The notes beneath the pieces were generated by a model that was not told where the DNA came from, made no database searches, and saw only the letters and a program-made list of their open reading frames with translations. Positions 9,353 to 18,442 of a DNA stretch of 64,000 nt are shown here, in pieces; within the stretch, counting starts at the first letter, position 1, and each line of letters opens with the position of its first letter. The DNA lies in NCBI GenBank assembly GCA_902534495.1, contig CACAQC010000001.1, positions 13,174-77,173 on the forward strand, read 5' to 3'. The stretch comes from an uncultured Candidatus Actinomarina sp. (lineage in GTDB: Bacteria; Actinomycetota; Acidimicrobiia; Actinomarinales; Actinomarinaceae). The position numbers were made by a program, and so were the translations under genes.

Positions 9353-9634
9353 ATGTTTAACAAAGACCCCAAAAAAATCAACTCAAGCGATTCAGGAATT
9401 GATTTTTCAAAATCTGAGATGATTAGTAAATATTTTAAAAAGCACAACTCACAACTCTATAGCGAAACTACACCAGGGCCAGTTATTGGAGAAGAATTAA
9501 TTTTATATGTTGATACAAAAAGGTTAAAAAACCTAATCGAACTTCAACAAGAAAAACTCTTAATTGAAATAGAAAAAAATACAAAAATCAAGCTAAAGAA
9601 TCTAAATATTCAAATACATAATAACCAACAATAA
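9353..9634 (+). CDS. DciA/DUF721-like protein
   Basis: Position between dnaN and gyrB; LILYVD...ELQQEKLL...LKNLNIQI fits the DUF721 pattern. Confidence 0.6.
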   Translation: MFNKDPKKINSSDSGIDFSKSEMISKYFKKHNSQLYSETTPGPVIGEELILYVDTKRLKNLIELQQEKLLIEIEKNTKIKLKNLNIQIHNNQQ

Positions 9635-9711
9635 TCGCCAAATCTAGTAAAATAAGAGTTCAGCAAGGGGCTGTAACATAAGCAAAAAGAAGCGTATCTT
9701 GGAGATAATTC

Positions 9712-11637
9712 GTGTCTAAAAAAGATTCAAATAGTAGCTATGATTCAAAAGATATAAAAATTCTTGAGGGTCTAGAAGCTGTAAGAAAGCGTCCTGCAAT
9801 GTACATTGGATCAACAGGTCCAAATGGATTACACCACTTAATTTGGGAAGTTTTAGACAATTCTGTAGACGAAGCCATGGCTGGAAGGTGTTCAAAAATA
9901 AAAGTTAGTTTAGAAAAAAACGGCTCAGTTACCGTTGAAGATGACGGAAGCGGAATACCCGTAAAACCTCACCCTAAAACAAAAATATCGGCACTAACAA
10001 CAGTCTTAACAACACTTCATGCCGGTGGAAAATTTGAATCAGGTGCCTATACCGTTAGTGGAGGGTTGCATGGAGTTGGGATATCTGTTGTTAATGCTTT
10101 ATCGACTTATGTTAAAGTTGAAGTTCAAAGGGACGGTCATTTTTGGAATCAAGACTTTGATTTAGGAAAACCAAAATCAAAAATTAAAAAAGGGAAAGCT
10201 TCAAAAAAAACAGGTACAAAAATAAACTTTTTAGCAGATCCAGAAATATTCGATGAGACTCAAACATATGATTACAACATAGTTGACGAAAGACTTCGAC
10301 AAACTGCTTTTCTTAATAAAGGTTTGAGAATAACACTTATTGATAACAGAGTTAAGCCAGCTACAAAGGAGGAGTATCACTATAAAGGTGGCCTCACAGA
10401 CTTTGTTGAATATATAAATGACGGTTTTGATCCTCTACATCAAAAAATAATATCTTTTTCAGATCAAACCAAAGACTCAGAAATTGAGGTTGCACTCCAG
10501 TGGAAAAACGAAGATGACGTAACAATAAAAAGCTTTGCTAATAACATACACACCTTAGAGGGCGGTACTCACGAAGAGGGGCTAAGAACAGCCGTTACCA
10601 AAGCAATTAATGACTTTGCAAAAAAAAGAAACCTTCATTCAGACATATCTTTAACAGGAGACGACATAAGAGAAGGGCTTACAGGTGTGGTATCTGTAAG
10701 AGTTAAAGAACCTCAATTCGAAGGACAGACAAAAACAAAATTAGGAAATACTGAAATGAAATCAAGGGTTCAAGTCCTAATTAATGAAGAATTTCCAAAA
10801 TGGTTAACTAAAAACACCAAAGAAGGTCGAGCAATAGTAGAAAGATGCGCAGTTGCTGCAAAAGCAAGAATGAGTGCAAAAAAAGCTAGAGAGCTTACTA
10901 AACGTAAAAGCATTTTAGAGACCTCAGGTCTTCCAGGAAAACTTGCAGACTGCTCTTCAACAGATCCAACAGAAAGTGAGTTGTTTATTGTAGAAGGAGA
11001 CTCAGCAGCTGGTCCTGCTAAACAAGCACGAGACTCAAGAGTACAAGCAATTCTGCCGATCAGGGGAAAGATTATAAATGTTCAAAAAGTTACAGAAAAC
11101 AGAGCTCTTCAAAATGAAGAAATAAGCGCACTTATTAAGGCTATTGGTACCGGTATAAAGCTTCAGTTCAACGAAGAAGAATCAAGATATGACAAAATAA
11201 TTTTTTTAACAGACGCTGATGTTGACGGTGCACATATTAGAACACTGCTTCTTACATTCTTTTTTAAATTTATGCCTGGTTTGATAACAAGCGGAAAAGT
11301 CTGGATATCAGAACCACCGTTATACAGAGTAAAAGCTTCATCAGGAATTACATACTTAAAAGATGACGAAGCACTCAATAAATTTAAAAAAGAAAATAAA
11401 AATAAAAAGTTTGATATAAGCAGATTCAAAGGGCTAGGAGAAATGAACGCTGGAGAGTTGTGGGATACCGCAATGAATCCCGAGACTCGAACCCTAATTA
11501 AAGTTACGCTTGCAGACGCTAAAGGAGCGATGGCAAAAGCTTCTGATATGTTTGAAATTTTAATGGGAAATGACGTTTCAAAAAGAAAACTTTTTATTGA
11601 AAAGAACGCTAAAGACGTTAGGTTTCTTGACGTATAA
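9712..11637 (+). CDS. gyrB: DNA gyrase subunit B
   Basis: EAVRKRPAMYIG, LHAGGKF, SGGLHGVG, EGDSA, TDADVDG, RFKGLGEMN. Confidence 0.97.
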   Translation: MSKKDSNSSYDSKDIKILEGLEAVRKRPAMYIGSTGPNGLHHLIWEVLDNSVDEAMAGRCSKIKVSLEKNGSVTVEDDGSGIPVKPHPKTKISALTTVLTTLHAGGKFESGAYTVSGGLHGVGISVVNALSTYVKVEVQRDGHFWNQDFDLGKPKSKIKKGKASKKTGTKINFLADPEIFDETQTYDYNIVDERLRQTAFLNKGLRITLIDNRVKPATKEEYHYKGGLTDFVEYINDGFDPLHQKIISFSDQTKDSEIEVALQWKNEDDVTIKSFANNIHTLEGGTHEEGLRTAVTKAINDFAKKRNLHSDISLTGDDIREGLTGVVSVRVKEPQFEGQTKTKLGNTEMKSRVQVLINEEFPKWLTKNTKEGRAIVERCAVAAKARMSAKKARELTKRKSILETSGLPGKLADCSSTDPTESELFIVEGDSAAGPAKQARDSRVQAILPIRGKIINVQKVTENRALQNEEISALIKAIGTGIKLQFNEEESRYDKIIFLTDADVDGAHIRTLLLTFFFKFMPGLITSGKVWISEPPLYRVKASSGITYLKDDEALNKFKKENKNKKFDISRFKGLGEMNAGELWDTAMNPETRTLIKVTLADAKGAMAKASDMFEILMGNDVSKRKLFIEKNAKDVRFLDV

Positions 11638-14138
11638 TGCCAGCTAAAAAACCACCATCAAAAAAACCAGCAGCTAAAAAACCACCATCAAAAAAACCAG
11701 CAGCTAAAAAATCTGTAAAAGAAGAAAAAAACACTGACAATACATCAAATGGAACTATTGCTGTAGAGGACGAAATATCGAAGTCTTTTTTAGACTATGC
11801 AATGTCTGTAATCGTGTCAAGAGCTTTGCCCGATGTTAAGGATGGGTTAAAGCCAGTTCAGAGAAGAATTTTGTATTCTATGTATGAAACCGGAATAAGA
11901 CCAACGGGCCCATTTAGAAAATGTTCAAAAGTCGTTGGTGATGTAATGGGTAATTATCACCCTCATGGAAATGATGCAATTTATGGCACATTAGTAAGGC
12001 TTGGACAAAACTTTAGTACAAGATATCCTCTTATTGAGCCTCAAGGTAACTTCGGAACTCCCGATGATCCACCTGCTGCTATGAGGTATACAGAATCACG
12101 AATGTCATCACTTTCATCACAACTATTGGATGGGATTGATGAGGATACTGTTAACTTTGAACCAAATTATTCAGGCGAGACATCAGAACCGAAAGTTTTA
12201 CCTGCAAGGTTTCCAAATCTTCTTGTTAATGGCGCAGAAGGGATTGCTGTAGCAATGGCAACAAATATGCCCCCATACAATCTTAAAGAAATAACAGAAG
12301 CTGTTAAATACACTGTTGAAAATAAGGATGTAAAACCAAAAGACTATTTAAAAATAATTAAAGGACCAGACTTCCCAACAGGAGGTCTTGTTGTTGATAC
12401 ACCAACAATTAAAGAAGCAATATTAAAAGGAAGAGGTTCAATTAAAATAAGAGCTGTTGCTGATGTAGAAGAGCTAGGTAGAGGCAGATCTGCAATAGTC
12501 GTAAAAGAATTACCCTATCAAGCATCTACAGACAGGATTATGGAAAAAATTGCGACACTTGTTCAAGACAAGAAACTCCAGGGAATTTCTGACCTTAGGA
12601 ATGAAAGTAGTGACAGGAATGGAACAAGATTAGTTGTTGAGCTTAAAAGAGATGCAGTTCCACAAGTCGTACTCAATCAACTATTTAAACAAACCCAGCT
12701 ACAAGATACTTTTTCCGTAAATTCAGTAGCTCTTGTTGAGGGGGTTCCAAAAGTTCTTTCGGTACCGGAATTAATTAAATATTATATTGAACACCAAATT
12801 GACGTAATCCAAAGACGAACAAAGCACAGACTACAAAAAGCCGAAAACAGACTTCATATAGTAGAGGGCCTACTCCTTGCTTTAAAAAAGATTGATCAAA
12901 TTATTAAAGTTATAAAAGCTTCAAAAGACGTAGACACAGCAAGAAAGTCTTTAATGACAAAATTTAAACTTAGTGAAATACAAGCTTCCCACATATTGGA
13001 TATGCCCCTTAGGAGACTAACTGCTCTTGAAATGGAAAAACTAGAAGAAGAAAAAAAAGACCTAAAAGAAACAATCAAGGAACTTACTTCAATTTTAAAA
13101 AGTCGAGCAAAACAAGATAAGATCTTAATCGAAGAATTAGAAGCAATTACAAATAAGTATGGTGACGAAAGAAGATCACGAATTGTCCCAGATGTTGGCG
13201 AGGTTTCGATAGAAGACCTTATTGAAGACGAAGAAATTATTGTATCTGTTTCTGCAAACGGATATGTAAAATCAGTACCATCGACTTCATATAAAAAACA
13301 AGGAAGAGGCGGTAAAGGAGTTAAAGCAGCTTCATCAAACGAAGATGTAATAGAGCACCTTCTTTCTACATCTGTGCATTCGTACCTTTTATTTTTTACA
13401 GACCGTGGAAGAGTATATAGAGCCAAAGCTCATGAAATTCCAAAAACCAATAGAACTGCAAAGGGTTCTTTAATCCAAAATGTTCTTTCAATGGGACAGG
13501 ATGAAAAAGTGCAGGCAATCATTGATACAAGAGATTATGAAACTGAGAAGTTTTTATTAATAATGACAGAAAAAGGAACAGTTAAAAAATCAAGCTTTAA
13601 AGACTTTGATTCGAACTATAAATCATTACAAGCAATAAAACTAAAAGACGAAGATAGGGTTGTTTCTGTAAAAACGACCTCTGGGAAAGAAGACGTCATA
13701 CTCGTATCTCAAAATGGACAAGCAATAAGATTTGATGAGAACAATCTTAAACCCCAAGGAAGAACAGCAATGGGTGTAAGGGGCATAAAGCTTAGAGAGG
13801 GAGATAAAGTTGTAGGTGCTGCTACCTCAAGAGATGAAACTCTTCTATTTATTACAGCTAAGGGATATGGGAAGCGTACAAAACTTGATGAATTTAGAAG
13901 AGCAGGAAGAGGCGGCATGGGAGTAAAAGCTCTCAAAATTACTGAAAATAAAGGAAATTTAGTCGGAGCAAGGTCTGTAGATGAGGATACTGAGGTTATG
14001 CTTATGAGTACAGGCGGGACTGCAATAAGATGTGCAGTAAAGCAAATAAAACAAATGAGTAGATCGGCACAAGGAGTAAGGATTATGAAGCTATCACCTG
14101 AAGAAGAGGTTTCAGCTTTTATCCCTATAAAGAACTAA
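11637..14138 (+). CDS. gyrA: DNA gyrase subunit A
   Basis: RALPDVKDGLKPVQRR, AAMRYTE catalytic Tyr, GyrA-box QGRGGKG, C-terminal pinwheel repeats. Confidence 0.97.
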   Translation: MPAKKPPSKKPAAKKPPSKKPAAKKSVKEEKNTDNTSNGTIAVEDEISKSFLDYAMSVIVSRALPDVKDGLKPVQRRILYSMYETGIRPTGPFRKCSKVVGDVMGNYHPHGNDAIYGTLVRLGQNFSTRYPLIEPQGNFGTPDDPPAAMRYTESRMSSLSSQLLDGIDEDTVNFEPNYSGETSEPKVLPARFPNLLVNGAEGIAVAMATNMPPYNLKEITEAVKYTVENKDVKPKDYLKIIKGPDFPTGGLVVDTPTIKEAILKGRGSIKIRAVADVEELGRGRSAIVVKELPYQASTDRIMEKIATLVQDKKLQGISDLRNESSDRNGTRLVVELKRDAVPQVVLNQLFKQTQLQDTFSVNSVALVEGVPKVLSVPELIKYYIEHQIDVIQRRTKHRLQKAENRLHIVEGLLLALKKIDQIIKVIKASKDVDTARKSLMTKFKLSEIQASHILDMPLRRLTALEMEKLEEEKKDLKETIKELTSILKSRAKQDKILIEELEAITNKYGDERRSRIVPDVGEVSIEDLIEDEEIIVSVSANGYVKSVPSTSYKKQGRGGKGVKAASSNEDVIEHLLSTSVHSYLLFFTDRGRVYRAKAHEIPKTNRTAKGSLIQNVLSMGQDEKVQAIIDTRDYETEKFLLIMTEKGTVKKSSFKDFDSNYKSLQAIKLKDEDRVVSVKTTSGKEDVILVSQNGQAIRFDENNLKPQGRTAMGVRGIKLREGDKVVGAATSRDETLLFITAKGYGKRTKLDEFRRAGRGGMGVKALKITENKGNLVGARSVDEDTEVMLMSTGGTAIRCAVKQIKQMSRSAQGVRIMKLSPEEEVSAFIPIKN
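11641..11711 (+). repeat. 30-bp in-frame tandem repeat (2.4 copies) encoding AKKPPSKKPA
   Basis: CAGCTAAAAAACCACCATCAAAAAAACCAG exact at 11641-11670 and 11671-11700, partial to 11711. Confidence 0.95.
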
Positions 14139-14140
14139 AA

Positions 14141-14746
14141 ATGGTCAGAGTAAACAGAGTTAGAAGAATTATTAGAAAAATAGACCCCTGGACTGTATTA
14201 AAAGTAACGTTAGTACTGAATTTTGTAGTTGCACTGTCTGTAGTGCTTGGGTTATCAATAATGTGGGTTTTATTGGTTAACGCCGGAGTTCCACAAGGTC
14301 TTGAAGACATTGCGAGAAGATTGGCCCTTCTTGATCAAGATGCTTCACTTGTAGGGAATATTGAAACACTCTTTACAAGCGTAGTTTCTCTTGCAGCAGT
14401 TTATATGTTGACACAAACAGCTCTTGCTACTATTGGTGCATTTTTCTACAATCTAGTTTCTGATCTTGTTGGAGGTATTGAGGTAGTTGTCTTAGAAGAG
14501 TCACATTTAGAGACTCCATCAAAAACACCAGCTGAAGAAACTAATGACTACAACAAAAACGAACAAAAAGAAACAGTGTTGATGTCGATTGTAAATTCGA
14601 TAAAAAAAGTTAGACAAGAATCATCAGAAGAAAAAAGTTCAATTAATGAGGACCTACCAAGACCAGATGTCCCTAGAGACATAGAAGAACCTACTCTTAT
14701 GGATGCCTTGAAAAATATAGAAAACGAAGAAGACGAAAAAATTTAA
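14141..14746 (+). CDS. DUF3566 membrane protein
   Basis: IDPWTVLKV and FFYNLVSDLVGGIEV motifs; follows gyrA as in actinobacteria. Confidence 0.88.
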   Translation: MVRVNRVRRIIRKIDPWTVLKVTLVLNFVVALSVVLGLSIMWVLLVNAGVPQGLEDIARRLALLDQDASLVGNIETLFTSVVSLAAVYMLTQTALATIGAFFYNLVSDLVGGIEVVVLEESHLETPSKTPAEETNDYNKNEQKETVLMSIVNSIKKVRQESSEEKSSINEDLPRPDVPRDIEEPTLMDALKNIENEEDEKI

Positions 14747-14765
14747 CCTGCTACTATTCTTCAAG

Positions 14766-14846
14766 AATAATGGAGCGAAGCTAGTGAAATTCTAGCACTG
14801 TCCCGCAACTGTGATTCGAAAGATAAGTCAGGTCGCCTTCGTTATT
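14766..14846 (+). ncRNA. Cobalamin riboswitch (compact form)
   Basis: GCTAGTGAAATTCTAGC hairpin, ACTGTCCCGCAACTGTGA core, AAGTCAGG; closing stem AATAATGGAG/CTTCGTTATT; upstream of a BtuF-like gene. Confidence 0.9.
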
Positions 14847-14932
14847 GTTTAAACAACAGTCCTCGAGAGAAGGAATGAAGTTTCTAGAAATTCTTGAAGT
14901 TTCTTTATTTTCTCAGGGTAAGAAAGGAAATA

Positions 14933-15853
14933 ATGAAAACCAAACTTATTTTTCTTGCCTTGTTGGTTTCGATGTGTTCAAACCAAGCGCAGGAAAACGA
15001 CGAAATAAAAATCATTTCGCTGTCTACAACTCACACTGAAATAATCCAGTCATTAGGAGCAGAGAATACACTTGTTGGAGTAGATGCTTTTTCTGAAGTT
15101 GATTCCCCCGTTGAGGTAATAGACGCTTATACGGTTACTGCAGAAGAATTAGTTCCACTTAATCCAGATGTAGTGATTATTGCATTCGACTTTAATGGGA
15201 TAGTTGAAGGGCTTGAAGCACAGGAAATAAACTATGTTTTATTACCTCCAGCAAGAAACCTTGACGACGTATACGCTCAAATTACCAACATAGGAGAAAT
15301 AGTGAACAAGAAAAGCGAGGCTTCTTCAACAATCAGAGATATGAAGCTAGAAATCAATAGAATTATAAATAAATATAATTATCAGGACATAACCGTGTAC
15401 CATGAAATTGGATATACATATGGAATCTATAGTGTTAACTCAGAATCTCTAGTTGGAGAAATTTATAACTTACTAGGGGTAACAAATATTGCTAACTCCG
15501 AAGAAGATCCCTATGGAAGCGGCTACCCAGCCTTATCTGAAGAAATGGTAATAGAGTCTAACCCAGACTTTATTGTTGTAGGGCATTCTGATTACTTAAA
15601 TAAAGATCTCTCGATTAGAGGTGGGTGGAGTGACATATCTGCAGTTCAAAATTCTAGGGTTTTCTTTGTAGATGACACACTCGCCAGTAATTGGGGAACA
15701 ACAACGCTGCAGCTTGTAGAAGTTTTGGCGGCGACATTTGAAGAAAGTGTTGAAACAAACCAATATTCTGATTATTTACTATTAGTATCATTATTGTTTT
15801 TAGTAATCATGCTATTTGTTTTTACACAAAATAGTTCAAAAATAAAAACATAA
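14933..15853 (+). CDS. BtuF-like cobalamin ABC substrate-binding protein with extra C-terminal TM helix
   Basis: IISLSTTHTEI, LVGVD, LNPDVVI, NPDFIVV, ISAVQNSRV type III SBP motifs; riboswitch upstream; ATG 14933 with AGAAAGGA SD. Confidence 0.8.
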   Translation: MKTKLIFLALLVSMCSNQAQENDEIKIISLSTTHTEIIQSLGAENTLVGVDAFSEVDSPVEVIDAYTVTAEELVPLNPDVVIIAFDFNGIVEGLEAQEINYVLLPPARNLDDVYAQITNIGEIVNKKSEASSTIRDMKLEINRIINKYNYQDITVYHEIGYTYGIYSVNSESLVGEIYNLLGVTNIANSEEDPYGSGYPALSEEMVIESNPDFIVVGHSDYLNKDLSIRGGWSDISAVQNSRVFFVDDTLASNWGTTTLQLVEVLAATFEESVETNQYSDYLLLVSLLFLVIMLFVFTQNSSKIKT

Positions 15854-15864
15854 AAGGAGATTTT

Positions 15865-16773
15865 ATGAAAGGATACCCAAACGATTTATATATCCTTGCT
15901 TTTGACCACAGAGGAACTTTAACCAAAGGACTTTTAGGGGTGGAAGGAAGACCACCAACACAGGATGAAATTGCCAGGGTATCCTTCATGAAAGATATTA
16001 TTTTTGATGGTTTCTTAGAAGCACAAAATAAAGGTATAGATGGTGGAGATCCAGCAATTCTTGTTGACGAATCCTTTGGACTTCAAGTTCAAGAAAAAGC
16101 TAAAGAAATGGGAATAAAGTTTGCCGCTCCCGTCGAAAAATCAGGGCAAAAGATTTTTGACTTTGAATACGGCAGTGACTTTGGTGAAAAAATAAAAGAA
16201 GTAAATGCAGACTTTGCGAAGATACTTGTTCGTTGGAACCCCAGTGATGATTCTGAAACTAGGCAGGTTCAAGGTGAAAGAATTAAAACTCTCTCAGAGT
16301 GGTTAGATGAAAACGAAAGAAAATTTCTTTTAGAGTTTTTAGTACCTGCGACTGAAGAACAATTAGCAAGTGTAGGTGGAGACCAAGCTAAATATGATTC
16401 TGAAATAAGACCTAAGCTGGCAGTACAGGTTGTTGAAGAAATGAGAGAAAAAGGTGCTGATCCAGATATATGGAAGATTGAAGGCTTAGACACGGTTGAA
16501 GATAACGAAAATGTTTCAAAAGCTATTAAAGACGGTGGAAGAGAAGATGTGATTGCAGTTGTTCTTGGAAGAGGAGCAAATGATGAAAAAGTTAATGAAT
16601 GGCTTAGAGCGGGCTCTTCTGTTGATGGTTATAAGGGCTTTGCAATTGGAAGATCAATATTTTGGAATTCACTTAAAGGTTGGCACATCGGTGACAAATC
16701 CCGAGAAGAAGCAGTTTCAGAAATTGCTGATTCTTATTTAAGTTTCATTTCGGTATATCAAAACGGGAGTTAA
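15865..16773 (+). CDS. DUF2090 class I aldolase-fold protein (IolC C-terminal-domain-like)
   Basis: LAFDHRG, KILVRWNP, FLLE, PDIWKIEG Schiff-base Lys, VLGRG, GFAIGRSIF. Confidence 0.85.
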   Translation: MKGYPNDLYILAFDHRGTLTKGLLGVEGRPPTQDEIARVSFMKDIIFDGFLEAQNKGIDGGDPAILVDESFGLQVQEKAKEMGIKFAAPVEKSGQKIFDFEYGSDFGEKIKEVNADFAKILVRWNPSDDSETRQVQGERIKTLSEWLDENERKFLLEFLVPATEEQLASVGGDQAKYDSEIRPKLAVQVVEEMREKGADPDIWKIEGLDTVEDNENVSKAIKDGGREDVIAVVLGRGANDEKVNEWLRAGSSVDGYKGFAIGRSIFWNSLKGWHIGDKSREEAVSEIADSYLSFISVYQNGS

Positions 16774-16776
16774 AAA

Positions 16777-17979
16777 ATGCCACGAGGCAAAGCGGTTATT
16801 GGACAATCAGGAGGTCCAACAGCTGTTATAAACAGGTCACTGGTTGGCTTCATTAAGGAAGCAATTAAATCAGATTTTGACGATATTCTCGGAGCAAAGC
16901 ATGGATTAGAAGGAATGCTTAATGAAGATTTTGTAGATCTTTCAAATCTATCTGAAGCACAGCTTTATGGTATTGGAAAAACACCTGCGGCGGCTCTAGG
17001 CTCAGTAAGAAAAAAGCCTACAGACTCTGATATAGAGAACCTTGTATCAATATTTGAAAGTCAAAATATTAGAAATTTTTTTTATATAGGTGGTAATGAT
17101 TCTGCTGAAACAGCAAACTTAGTCTCTGAAGGAGCAAAATCTATTGGGTATGAAATGAAAGCGTTTCATATTCCAAAAACTATCGATAACGACCTACTTG
17201 AAACAGATCACTGTCCAGGTTACGGTTCAGCTGCTCGTTTTGTTGCTCATGCGTTTCAGGGTGATGATGCTGACAATAGAAGTTTAAAAGGAATTAAAAT
17301 AAACGTTCTAATGGGAAGACATGCTGGGTGGCTTACTGCTGCTAGTACCCTAGGAAAATCCACTGAAGAGGATGGGCCGCACTTAGTTTATGTTCCTGAA
17401 AAAGTCTTCAAAATTGATGAATTTTTAAAGGAAGTTAAAGAAGTTTATGATTCACTTGGAAGATGTGTAGTTGCCGTCTCGGAAGGTATCCATAATGAAG
17501 AAGGAGAATACTTCTTACAAACTTATGCAAGTGAAACAGGGTCTGGCCTAGCTGGAAAAAAAGATAGTCATGGAAATATCCAACTATCAGGCTCGGGAGT
17601 ATTAGGCGATACGTTAACCAATATTGTTAATGAACATATTGACGGAGCAAGAGTAAGAGCAGACACTTTTGGATACTTACAAAGATCTTTTTTGGCTGAT
17701 GTTTCTGAGGTAGATGCAGAAGAAGCAGAGAGAGTTGGTCAACACGCTGTAGTTGTTTCAAATAAAATTCAAACTGGATCAATAATTCTCAAAAGACAAT
17801 TGTCAGAAACATACAGCTGTGATGTAGATGTTGTTGAGCTAAGCAAGGTTGCTAAGCACACAAAAGACATGCCACAAGAGTTTTTAGCAGAAAACAAGCC
17901 ATATGTTACAAATGACTTTTTTGAATATGCCATGCCACTAACTGGTGGAATAGAACCAAAAACACAAATTTTTGTTTAA
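16777..17979 (+). CDS. pfp: Phosphofructokinase, probably PPi-dependent
   Basis: QSGGPTAVIN, GGNDS (Asp at the PPi-specificity position), PKTIDND, MGRHAG, GYLQRS. Confidence 0.88.
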   Translation: MPRGKAVIGQSGGPTAVINRSLVGFIKEAIKSDFDDILGAKHGLEGMLNEDFVDLSNLSEAQLYGIGKTPAAALGSVRKKPTDSDIENLVSIFESQNIRNFFYIGGNDSAETANLVSEGAKSIGYEMKAFHIPKTIDNDLLETDHCPGYGSAARFVAHAFQGDDADNRSLKGIKINVLMGRHAGWLTAASTLGKSTEEDGPHLVYVPEKVFKIDEFLKEVKEVYDSLGRCVVAVSEGIHNEEGEYFLQTYASETGSGLAGKKDSHGNIQLSGSGVLGDTLTNIVNEHIDGARVRADTFGYLQRSFLADVSEVDAEEAERVGQHAVVVSNKIQTGSIILKRQLSETYSCDVDVVELSKVAKHTKDMPQEFLAENKPYVTNDFFEYAMPLTGGIEPKTQIFV

Positions 17980-18414
17980 ATGTCAAAAATAGTTCTCTCT
18001 AAAGATGACTTCCAAGCTTTTTGGGAAGCAACAGTCAGGTATTATGAACTTGATCCACAAGGTGTAATGCATAATGCAAATCATGTTGCATATTTTGATC
18101 AAGCTATTACTGCGTATTTTAAGTATGTAAACTATGACTATCTAAAAGACATAGAAGATACTCAAAAAGATTTTCATACAGTACAGATATTAGTTCAGTA
18201 CAACAAGCCACTTTACTTTGACCAAGACATTGAGATTGGTGTCAAAATTAAGGAAATTGGTAAATCAAGTATGATCTGGATAATGGGAATGTTTTTAAAA
18301 GAAACAGGTGAATTAGTAAGTTCCTGTGAAGCTGTTCATGTATATACAGACCAAACAACCATGCAACCAACACCAATAACAGAGGATCTCAAAGAAAACC
18401 TACAGTTTAATTAA
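17980..18414 (+). CDS. Acyl-CoA thioesterase (4HBT/YbgC family)
   Basis: VRYYELDPQGVMHNA hotdog motif. Confidence 0.88.
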   Translation: MSKIVLSKDDFQAFWEATVRYYELDPQGVMHNANHVAYFDQAITAYFKYVNYDYLKDIEDTQKDFHTVQILVQYNKPLYFDQDIEIGVKIKEIGKSSMIWIMGMFLKETGELVSSCEAVHVYTDQTTMQPTPITEDLKENLQFN

Positions 18415-18442
18415 TCAGAACGTAAGCACTAACATTATCAAT

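Noticed and set aside
11641-11711. 30-bp repeat as CRISPR or mobile-element end
   Set aside because: No spacers, in-frame coding, no cas genes
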